From Sminthopsis crassicaudata (taxonomy: Eukaryota), in contig NC_133620.1 of assembly GCF_048593235.1 (NCBI RefSeq), positions 28,987,772 to 29,051,771 on the forward strand: a stretch of 64,000 nucleotides of DNA. Direction: 5' to 3'. This document shows positions 28,532 through 38,225 of the stretch, piece by piece. The position numbers and the translations under genes were made by a program. The notes below the pieces were generated by a model, which did not search any database, was not told the origin of the DNA, and worked only from the letters and a program-made list of their open reading frames with translations. Numbering within the stretch: the first letter of the stretch is position 1; each line of letters opens with the position of its first letter.

Positions 28532-31500
28532 ATGGGGGCCCGAGGCCTTGCCGTGGCCATCCTGCTGGGGCTGGCGGGGGCCACCCTGGCCTCCAAGAAT
28601 GGCTCGTGGATCTGCCAGCCGGCCCCAAAGTGGCAAGTGGACGGGGGCGTCTCCCCCATGGAGGAAGCCCTGGGCAATGTGACGGTGGTGGCCCTTCTGA
28701 AGGCCAGCTGACACTTCTGCCTCCTGCAGGCTGCCAGGTGACAGGCCTCAGAGGGAGGGTCTCGAGGAGGAGGGGCGAGGGTGTGCGAGGGCACAGCGCC
28801 AGTCCTGGACTGGGGGGGGGGGGGGGAGACAGAGGTCCCGGCTGGCTGACTCCGGGCAAGTCATTTTGCCCTATTTGCCTTGGTTTCCTTCTCTGTAAAA
28901 TGGGCCAGAGGAGGAAATGGCCAGGGATCTGCTGGCAGAAACAAGGGGTCCGGGAGGAAGAGGCGAAGGAGCCAAACTTCAGGCCCAACCGGGACTTCTC
29001 GCCGCGGGGTTACGTCCGGGCATTCTCAATTCTGAGACTCAGTTTCCCCGTGTCACAAAATCTCATCATCGGAAGGGAGCTCGGTGGGAGTAAGAGCAGC
29101 CTTCTCCATCCCAGAAACAGGTGGCTCTACTTGCATCCTCTGAGGACGGGGAGATCACCACCCCGGGGGCGGCCTGGTGGGAAACTTCCAGGCCTCCAGG
29201 CTCAGTCAGGCCGTAGCGGCCCCTCCATGACAGCCTCTCCAGCTCTTGGAGCGGGCAGCCCCTGCCTCCCCGTCCTAAATTGGTACTTGATGCCCGCAGG
29301 AGGCCCCTGGCAGCCACTGGGCACGGCGGGAATGGCGGACACGGGGTCTCCTGGCCCTTCCGAGCTGAGCTGCCCCCAGCACCCCCTTCCTAGGCCAGCC
29401 CCATGAATGCCCCTTTCTGCATGTGTCCCTTGCCTGTTCCCAGGCCCAAGCAACAGAGGCTTTATTCATTGAGGAAAGGGGGAGGGACAAGAAGGGGCAG
29501 AGACAACTGACCCAGAAATGGGATCTCACTGGAAAGTGAGTCCTCCCCTGACTGGGGGCCAGACTGACCTGGGGAGGTTCCACCCAGGGGCTCCTCTGCC
29601 TCCCTCCTCCTCAGCAGCCCCAAAGCCCCCAGGGGTTTATCTGCCCTGACACATCCGTGGGAGCAAGGTGCTGGTCCACTAGGACCACCAGAAATTCCTG
29701 TGGCACTCCTACTATTCAAGACCATTTTACAGAGGAGGAAACTGAGGCTGAAGGGAGGTGGCTTTTAGCTCAAGGTCTCAAAGTTAAAGGCAGGGCTGGG
29801 AACAGCCCCCTCTGACTGCCCTGCTCCATTATCTCAAGGTCAAGGCCCCTGGCAGCAGAGGCTCCGAGGGCCCGAGGGATGGAGGAAGAGCCACCAAGGC
29901 CCCACTAACGGTGCCCTTTCTCGTCCTCAGGATAGGCAACCTGCAGGGGCGCCTGGCGCGCGCGGGCGCTGCTGGGGTCCGCTTCATCATAGTCAATCAC
30001 AAGTCGGCCGCATCCCAGGTCCTGCACGGGGAGCTGGAGCTCCAGGCCCCCCGCGGTGTCCCCGTCTACAACCAGCGCGGGCCTGGCCCCGACATCTGGG
30101 GCCTCCTTGGAGGGGCCAAGGACGACTTTCTGGTTTATGACAGGTGGGCCCCGGGCCGGGCGTGCTGGGGAAGGGGGGTGGGCAGCACTGCTGACTGTTC
30201 TGGGCCACAGGCCGGGACCTTCCCAAACCTAGGGTAGCTGGGGATGCCCTTTGCCCCCAGGGCCGACTGCCACGCCAGCCCTCCCCCGCTTTTCTTGACT
30301 TGGTGGAGCAGCCCTGAACCCCTAGATACCTCATGAGTGTGAGTGGGCGGTGGGCACAGCCTCCTGACCTGCTGGGCGGGTGCCCTGCCCCCTCGACCCA
30401 ATTCCTGCATTCGTGGCCGGGGAAACTGAGGCCCGGAGAAGGCCGGGGACAGGCAGCAGACCTGGGGCCGCAAGCAGAATCTGCACCCAAGCCCCGAGAG
30501 TCGGGCCCCCTTCCCCCAACTGTCTGGCCCTGTCCCCCCAGGTGCGGCCGTCTGACCTTCCACATCCAGCTGCCCTTTAGCTCCCTGAGCTTCCCTTTTG
30601 TGGAGGCGGCCATTCGTTTCAGTCACCACAAGGATCACTGCGGGAACTGCTCTTTCTACCCCGCCCAGGTGAGATGAGGGCAGCCCGAGCTCAGGAGAGA
30701 GTTCAGAGCCCGTCCACGCGGCTTCCAGAGACATCAGGTCTCGCTCCAGTGGGACAGACTCGGGGGCCCCCCGCCCCTCGCCACCTCCCTCCGGGAGACC
30801 CCATGCAAGGCCAGGACTCCCACTGCGCCTCGGGGGGCTGTGAAGGGAGGTACATATTTACATACACGCTCAGTCTGGGGCAGGAAAAGGTGCCCAGTGC
30901 CAGTAACAAAGCCTCCGTGCCCGGGGCTGCTCAGAGCTGGTTTGGTCACTTTGCCCCGGTCCAAACTATCTACGCCAGCTGGAGCGTTCATTCCCAGGGC
31001 CGGGCCTGGTGCAGGGGAAGGGCTGAGTGGGTGACCCCCGATGGGGATCCCAGGCAGGACCGGGTGGGCCAAGGAGGCTCGTTCCTTGTCCTGGCAGAGG
31101 GGCAGAGGCCCCCGGCTCACCTAGGCCAGCCTCGCCTCAGACGCTGAGCAGCTTGCCTGAAAATTCTCTCTACAAAAAGCTGAATGGGGGTGAGTCTCCC
31201 CCCCCCAGCTGGACTGAAGCTTCTCCAGATGGGAGCTCTAGAGTGGCCCGGGAGGCTCACTCCCCCAGTTCTGGGGCTGCCTTTCTGGCCCCTCGGCCCA
31301 GCCCCACAGACCCCCCCAAGCTGGCGAGCGTGTGCCCAGTGGTCATGAGGGTGACGTGGCTCTCATTTCCTCTCCAGGTGAACGGCACGGACCAGGCTGA
31401 GTCAGCAGTCCCATCCCCTACCCCAGAAGGAGGGCAGAGGCCCCCACATGCAGGGCCCAGCACCCACTGGCCAACTCTGCCGTCTGGCTCCCCTCCCCCA

Positions 31501-31602
31501 GCTCAGGCCCCTGGGCCTGACCACAGCCCCAGCAAGCTGCCACCTCCCAGCCAACCTCCCTACAACCTGGAGCAGCTTCCCCATGAGCCAGCCATTCCTT
31601 AA
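28532..31602 (+). CDS. SELENOP2: Selenoprotein P paralog (SelPb), 256 aa, one selenocysteine encoded by in-frame TGA at 28709-28711
   Basis: Exons 28532-28737, 29931-30143, 30542-30668, 31378-31602 (771 nt, phases 2,2,0, all GT-AG; CACTAAC branch point at 29903). Protein: signal peptide MGARGLAVAILLGLAGATLA, CQPAPKWQV, VTVVALLKAS-U-HFCLLQAAR, FIIVNHK, VPVYNQ, DIWGLLGGAKDDFLVYDRCGRLTFHIQLPFSSLSFPFVEAAI, CGNCS. This matches the SELENOP N-terminal thioredoxin-like domain (human VTVVALLQASUYLC..KDDFLIYDRCGRL as I recall it). SECIS and polyA signal lie downstream. Confidence 0.93.
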
Positions 31603-31740
31603 CCTCACAGGGGGCACGGCCAGGCCCCCCGGCCCATTCCAGAGAGACAGACAAGTGAGGTGTCCCTGGTGTCGCGGTCACCACGGAGGTCTGCGTCCAT
31701 CAAGGCCGGGCCTTGCCTAGCCCCGGACCTCATCCAACCC

Positions 31741-31820
31741 CCTCCTTCCCTCAATTAATGATGCCCATGGTGCAACCCCGAGCAGCGGCCACAGTGGGCT
31801 GACTCCACGTAGGGAGGAGG
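31741..31820 (+). promoter_or_regulatory. SECIS element (selenocysteine insertion sequence) in the SELENOP2 3'UTR
   Basis: ATGA at 31758-31761, 12 nt, AA at 31774-31775, 25 nt, then GA of TGAC at 31800-31803. Helix II: GCCCA/TGGGC + TGGT/GCCA + GC/GC. Helix I: CCTCCTTCCCT/AGGGAGGAGG. Confidence 0.88.
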
Positions 31821-31901
31821 AACGAAGAAGAGTCCATCGTCCCCCCGGGGTGACCACAAGCCAGTGGGGCCCAACCAGTGCCAGGGGCTGGGGAAATGGC
31901 C

Positions 31902-31907
31902 AATAAA
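31902..31907 (+). terminator. SELENOP2 polyadenylation signal
   Basis: AATAAA about 80 nt 3' of the SECIS. Confidence 0.75.
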
Positions 31908-33452
31908 CTCGGCTGCCTACAGCTGCCTCACGGTCCGCTTGGGGGCTTTCAGGGGGCTGAGGGGGACCCCCACTGCAAGTGGGGCTGGGAGGGAGGCAGG
32001 TGTCCTGGGACGTGTGGGGGGGAATGTATGTGGGGCAGTGCGAGTGGGAGAACGGGAGGGGCCATACCCATAGGGGATCAGAGGGAGGCTGGGGGGGGGG
32101 CTTCCTGGAGGAGGCAGCCTGAGGGCCCCTGAGAGGGTTGGGAGGAGCCCAAGGTCATGGGTGACTGAGGACCCAGCCCTCTCCTCCCCCGACTTGCAGC
32201 AGTGGGGCTGTCCCCTAACCAGGGGCCCCTTTGGTGACTTTCTGGGGAGAAATAGGTCCTGCCCCTTAGGGAACCCCCCGCAGCCCCAGCCTGGCTCCCC
32301 CGCCCCAAGCCCTCCCGGGGTGGTCCCTCTGGGACAGAAGACTGGCCTAGAGCTCCGAGGGCCACGCTCGGGTCTCACCATGGGGCTCAGGCTCTCAGCC
32401 CTGATGTTTTAAGGCTTGCTCTGCCCTCAGCCACAGGTGGGAGATGGGGAGGACCAGTATGCCATGAGAAGACTGTGGGGGCTCTCGGCGGGAGCAGGAA
32501 TGCCACAGCAACATCCCTGACAAGCCTCCCCTTGAATACCTCTAGGGACAGGGAGCTCACTACCTCACCTCAAGGTAGCCCAATAGCTGGGGGTCAGCTC
32601 TCATTGCCAGGAAGCTGCCTGTGTACTCTTCCCCCCCCCCCCGGGGGGTTCCCTGGGGCCAAGTAGACGGGGCTAGACCGCCTCCTGGCGAGGACCCTTT
32701 GTGACCCTTGAAGGCGGATCTCAGGGTGTGAAAGAGACTGGTTTTGCACAGATGGCCAGGGTTCGAATCCTGCCTGACTCCTGGGTGCTCCTTCCCGGCC
32801 CAATTTCCTCTGCAGAATGAGCCGGGTTGGGTTCAGCGGGCTCCCGAGCTCTGAACCTCTCCAGGGGCAGCCCCTGCCCTTGAGCCCAGGCTTGGTCCCA
32901 GGCCCTAAAAACCCTCCATTCACTTCAACAAGCTTGTGCTCGCCGGCACCACCTTGTGGCCAAACATGCATCCTCAACAAAGGCAGGGGAATAGGCATTT
33001 ATTAAGCACCTACTGTGTACCAGACTCTGTCCCGAGCCCTCCTGGCCCAGGAAGCAGGTGCTCTGATTATCCCCATTCTACAGATGAGGAAACTGAGGTA
33101 GCAGAGGTGGAGGAGCTTGCCCAAGCAGGCCTCCCTGACTCCCAGGCCAGCTTAGGGGCTTTGGGGAGGGGCCTTTCCCACAACTTCCCTGAGAGAGACC
33201 TCTCAGACCCAACCTCGAGGCCCCACAAGGGGGCCCTCTCCCAGACATGCTCCCCCTCCCTTCTCTAATCTTCCTCCCCCAGACACCCACCACCCTGCCC
33301 CCACCCAGCCTCCTCCCTCTGTCTGCAGGGGACCCCCAGTGAGTCGGCTCTGGGTGGGGAGCCCCCCTGCTGAGCTCAGGCCTCTGGAGGTGGGGGGGAG
33401 GTGGGGTTGATGGGGCTTCCAAGTGAGGGGGGGCCGGGCCAGGCTTCTAGAC

Positions 33453-33458
33453 TTTATT
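33453..33458 (-). terminator. UROD polyadenylation signal
   Basis: TTTATT on plus, about 95 nt beyond the UROD stop. Confidence 0.75.
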
Positions 33459-33552
33459 CTCTTAAAAACAGATTTTCTCGCAGACATTCTCTGGTCGGGG
33501 GCGGGCGGGGGGGGACACCTGAGACCAGTCCTGGGGGGCGGCAGGGGCAGGG

Positions 33553-36489
33553 TCACTTGCGCCGGAGCTGGCGGGAGTGCCGGTGCACGGCCTCCACGAA
33601 GGCCCCGACATGGGCAGGGTCCATGTCCGGGTAGATCCCGTGGCCGAGGTTGGCGATGTGGGGCTGGGGCCCGAAGGCGTCCAGCATGCGTTCCACCAGC
33701 TGCCCGATCCGGTCCTGGGGGGGGAGTGAGGGAGGTCAGGCGGGCTCGGGGGCCAGGCGGCCCACTGTGGTCAGTCCCCCCCTCCCTTGTTTCTCCTACC
33801 TCGGAGGCGTAGAGGGCGCAGGGGTCCAGGTTGCCCTGCAGGGTCACTGACTTTCCAACACGTTCCCTGAAAGGAGCCCTCAGTCAATAACGTTTACCAC
33901 AAGTCCATTCCCGGGGTCCCCCCCCATCCACCCTGCAGGGGCCTCCCACTCAGGAAGCCTCAGGAAGTCCCTGGAAGATAGCACCCATGTTACCCATGGA
34001 GGGACCTGGTGGGGGTCCCGCTGTCCATCTGGGGCCTTGCACCTGGCCCCGGGCTCCCCACTCACCGGGCCAGTGCAGGGTCCACTTTCCAGTCGATTCC
34101 AACCACTTCATACCCAGACTGGGCCAACTCCTCCAGGGCATAGTGGCCGTCCTTGGCAAAGATGATCTGGGCGGGCGTGGGGGCGGCAGTCAGTCTCTGT
34201 GGTCGGCCCCCACCTTCCCTGCCTACCCCTCCCCCACCTGTCCTCCCCCCCCCCCCCTCAGTGTTTCGTTCACATGGGACCTTACCAAGGGCACTGGCGC
34301 CAAGCCCGCCTCCCGCAGACCAGCCTTGACCCTCTTGGCCACGTCACGGATGTAAGGCAGCGCAAACTCAGAGAAGAGCTCGGGACCCAGGTGGCCGGCA
34401 TGAGACTCAAACACCTGCAGGGCCTGAGGGGGGACAGGAGTCGAAGGTTAGAGGTCAGAAGTTGGGGGGTGCCCAGAGCCACGAGCCTCCTTTCCTGGCC
34501 CTCACCTGTGCCCCTGCGGCCACCTGGCCCACAAGGTAGGGGACGAGGACATCGGTCAGCAGGCCCAGCAGCCGGTGACTGGCCTTGGGCCACTGGTAGA
34601 GCCAGCGCTTGGCCTGGGCCATGGTGGGGGAGCCGCCGCCCTCCACCATGTAGGACATCAGCGTCCAGGGGGCTCCTGAGAAGCCGATGAGGGGCACGCG
34701 CCCCTCCAGCCGCTGGCGCGTCAGCGTGATGGCCTGGAACACGTAGCCCAACTCTTGGTCCACGTCCACGGGGGTCTGGAGGCGGTCCAGGTCCTGCTCC
34801 TCCCGCAGGGGTGCCGAGAAGGTGGGCCCCTTGCCAGGGACCATGGTCACCTGCAGGCCCAGAGCCTGGGGGACGGGGGGGCCTGAGTCTGAGGCCAGGG
34901 GCCCTTCCTCCGGTGTCCCCCCAGGACCCAGTAGCCAAGGACCCTCCCCCTCCCCCCCAGCAGACCCTGCAGCCAGGGGACCCTCCCTCCTGTCCCCTCC
35001 TCCCCCCGGCTCCTCCATACCTGAGGCACCACCAGAATGTCAGAGAAGATGATAGCAGCATCGAGGGGGAAGCGCCGGAGTGGCTGTGGGAGGACACGGG
35101 GCGTGAGCGTCTCCAGGCCTGGGCAAGGGGTCCAGGCCACCCCTGCTGAGCCCGGCTCCTGGTCCTGCCTCCTCCCCCGGCCCCCACAGGCCCAGGTTAA
35201 ACGCAGCAACGGGGAGCCCCTGGGCTCTAGGGCTCGGCCAGGCCTCCTTTATAGGAGGGGCTTTGGGGCCAGGCCTGGAGCCCTGAGCCGGCTCCTCCCG
35301 AAGCCCCCCCAGACTCCCCGGAATTCCGCCTCTGAGCCCCGCAGCCCGGGGCCTCCTCGCACTCAGAAGCTGCTTCCTCCAGGTGAGGCCCCAAGTCCTG
35401 CCACGACTCTCCCCTTTTAGAGACATAGAAACTGAGGCTGGAGGAAGAAGAGCAGGCTCTAGGGGCCTGACTCGGGTCTGAGTTCGAGTCACTCTGGGCA
35501 GGCTGGCGGACCGCAGGGCCTCAGCACGGAAGGTTGGGCCTGCGGAGCGGGGGCCGGATCCGGGAGGAGTCGGGGACTTCTGCGGGTCTGGCCTCTGTGG
35601 GCCCCTCACCTGCAGGGTCAGCTCGCAGCAGGCCTCGGGGGAGCGGCAGGTGCTGAAGAAGTCCTGGCCGGCCCTGGTATCCAAGAACTCTGGGGAGGGG
35701 AGGGCGTTAGGGGGGCTCCTGCCCCCCCCCTCCCCCACTCTCCCCCCCCCCACTCGGCCCCCCCTTGCCCGGGCCCCTTACCCTTCAGGTAGCGGCCGGC
35801 CTGGCGCATGCACCACACGGGCGTGTAGTCGGTGGCCTCCCCCCAGGCCGCCCGCAGGAAGGTGTCGTTCTGCAGCTTGGGGAAGGCCTGGCCTCGGTCC
35901 CCGCCTGGGCCGCCATCAGGGCTCCTGGGGCTGCTGCTGCTGCTGGGGGCGGGGGGGAAGCGGGAGGGCCTCAGGCGGGGCGCCCCACCCCCCTTATCAG
36001 CCCTGGCCAGGCCCTGTCTCAGCCTCCCCCCCCCAGCCAGGAGGCCCGGCCCTGACCCCCCACCCCATCCAACCCCTGCTTGGACGGGCCCTGGGGGCCA
36101 GGATAGAAGAGGCTTGGGGGGGAGGGCAGGGGCCCTGAGTACTGAGCCCAAAGGGGGGCTATCCTGGGGGAGGGGAACAGGGCCAAGTGCCAAGGCCAGG
36201 ACCAAGGTGGGGGGGCTCTCCTGGGGAAAGGGGAGGGGGGCCCTGAGTGCCACAGCCGGCGCCATGGGGGTGTCCTGGGGGTGGGATGAGTGCCAAGACC
36301 AGGACCAAGTGAGGGAGCTATCCTGGGGGAGGGGGCCCCGAGTGCCGAGCCAAAGTTTGAGGGGTTCCGGGGAGGACAGGGGGAAGCCAGGGCCAAGGGG
36401 GGTGTCCTGGGGGGAGCCCAAGGGGCTCTGAGTGCCGGAGCCGGGACGAGGGGCAGCGACTGGACTCACCTCAGGCTGGCCTCCTCCAT
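33553..36489 (-). CDS. UROD: Uroporphyrinogen decarboxylase, 9 coding exons (about 383 aa)
   Basis: Exons (minus): 36489-36470, 35942-35782 (acceptor ambiguous among tandem CAGs), 35689-35610, 35083-35021, 34865-34506, 34423-34286, 34166-34066, 33866-33800, 33714-33553. Motifs: [87 protein letters not shown]. Confidence 0.97.
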
Positions 36490-36640
36490 CGCGTGGACCC
36501 CACTTACTTCTGAGGAGTCTAGAGCAGCCCCGGCCTCCTCCGGAAGCCCTGCCTCCGGCTTTGTCCCCGCCCCGGTCCCGCCCCCGCACCGCCCCGGTCC
36601 CGCCCCACGCCGCTGCTGGGCGTCGCCATGTTGATATCAC
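36490..36640 (-). promoter_or_regulatory. UROD proximal promoter (GC boxes, YY1-like motif)
   Basis: Duplicated GGGGCGGGACCGGGGCGG GC-box array at about 36560-36606, and CAACATGGCG (YY1-like) around 36629 on the minus strand. Confidence 0.55.
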
Positions 36641-37699
36641 ATGACAGGCCGGGCTTAGGCTCTCGGGAGCCGGGACTGCCCGGCTCGGTGCCTGCAGGAC
36701 CCCTGTGCTACCGTAAAGTGCAGAGCAGAGACGCAGTGTAAGATCCCAGGGGAGGAGGGGCGAGGTCCCCCATCACCCGGGACCGGAGTTGGCCGAGACT
36801 CAGGAGACGGCCTGCTTAGCGCCTCCCAGCGAAGCAGCCTCGGAGCGCCATCGTTACCGCCCCGGGATCTCAGTTTCCTCATCTGTAAAATGGGGCTCAT
36901 GGGTCGCGTCTTGCCTCTGGCCGCATTTGCAGCTGTTGGCCGGGTTCTTCCCCCGCTCATTTTAACTGAGACAGACCGTGACTGGCCCAGGGGCCCCGGC
37001 AGCGTCGAGGCCGAATCTGAACTCGGGCCTCCCGACGTTAGCAGCGGTGTCCCGCCGGCTCCCCCTCCACTTCGCCGGGCCTGGGAGCCGCTGTTCTCGG
37101 CGGGAGACCCTTGCAGCCGGGCCCCGTGGGAGTCTCCCGGCCCTCTCTTTGGTCATCCGCTTCCTGCTAAGGGCAGGGAAGGCTGCAGGAAGAAAGAGCC
37201 GGGAGTGGGAAGGGACCGAGCGCGGAGGCTCCCGGGAAACCCAGTAGTAGCTGCGGCCCGCAGGGCCAACGAACATTTACTGCGCGCTCACAGCCGGCCG
37301 GGGCCGGCCCGCAGCGGGGAACGCAGAAACGAGCGAAAACAACCGCCCGGCCCTCGAGAGGCTTACATTCTAATGGGGGAGGGGAGATAACCCCGCCCAA
37401 TGGGGCTGTTGAGGGGTGGGGGAGGGGAGAACCGGAGCGATGTCCAGGGAAGAAGGCCCTGGTGAGCAATGAGGAGGGGCTGCCCAGGCCCCTCCTGGAG
37501 TGAAGAGGGCAGACGCTGATGAAACCTGGGGCAGAAGCGACCTGGCACCCCGAAAAGCTTTCTGGGGCAGAAGAGGGCCTCCTGCAGGGGACAGAGGGGG
37601 CCTGGAGCAGACCAGTCCCGGAGGAGCCAGTGCCAGGGTGGAGATGGGAGCCATGCAGTGGGTCCGAGGCAGTCCTGAACCCCAAGTGTCTCTTTTTTA

Positions 37700-38225
37700 A
37701 ATTTGTAAAAAGCTTTTTATTTTTAAAACACAAGCATAGTTTTCAACACTGACCCTTGCAAAAACTTGTGTTCAAATTCCCTCCCCTCCCCTAGAAGACA
37801 AGTGATCCAATATATGTTCAACATGTGTGATTCTTCTATACACATTTCCACAATTGTTGTGCTGCACCAAAAAATCAGATCAAAAAGGAAAAAAAGCAAG
37901 AAAATAACAAAAGTGAAAACACTGTGCTGTGGTCCACTCTCAGTTCCCATAATCCTCTCTGGGTGCAGACGGGTTTTGCAAGGGCTAATGTTGAAGAATT
38001 ATCCATGCTTATGTTTTGAAAATAAGACGTGTTATATAAAATGTATGGGATTGCCTGTCATCTAGGGGAGGGAGTAGAGGGAGGGAGGGGATAATTTGGA
38101 AAAATGATTACAAGGGATAATGTTATAAAAAAAAAAATTACCCATGCATATATACTGTCAAAAAAATTTTATAATTATAAAATTAAAAAAATAAAATAAA
38201 TAAAAAAAAAAACAAGAAGTGTTAA
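37700..38225. mobile_element. Cluster of L1 3'-end fragments (minus copy, plus copy, and a nested young 190-bp tail)
   Basis: 38035-38210 matches the 3' tail of the young L1 family and is flanked by near-duplicated AAAA(T/C)AAGA(C/A)GTGTT. Older fragments lie on both strands at 37700-38025. Confidence 0.7.

Noticed and set aside
28709-28711. Premature stop implying a SELENOP pseudogene
   Set aside because: The TGA aligns with the conserved Sec of UxxC, downstream exons are intact and in frame, and a SECIS is present.
28462-29406. 314-aa plus-strand ORF overlapping SELENOP2 exon
   Set aside because: It is an alternative GC-rich frame running through the intron, starts at a non-ATG codon and has no recognisable domain.
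31584-31660. Second SECIS candidate (ATGA..AA around the stop codon)
   Set aside because: It has no properly spaced 3' GA or paired helix II, and it overlaps the CDS.
36519-36629. 36-codon uORF upstream of UROD
   Set aside because: The ATG is part of a YY1-like motif upstream of the GC boxes, so it probably lies outside the transcript.
35618-36640. 340-aa minus-strand ORF across UROD intron 1
   Set aside because: Only the exon 2 portion is UROD-like; the rest is stop-free GC-rich intron.
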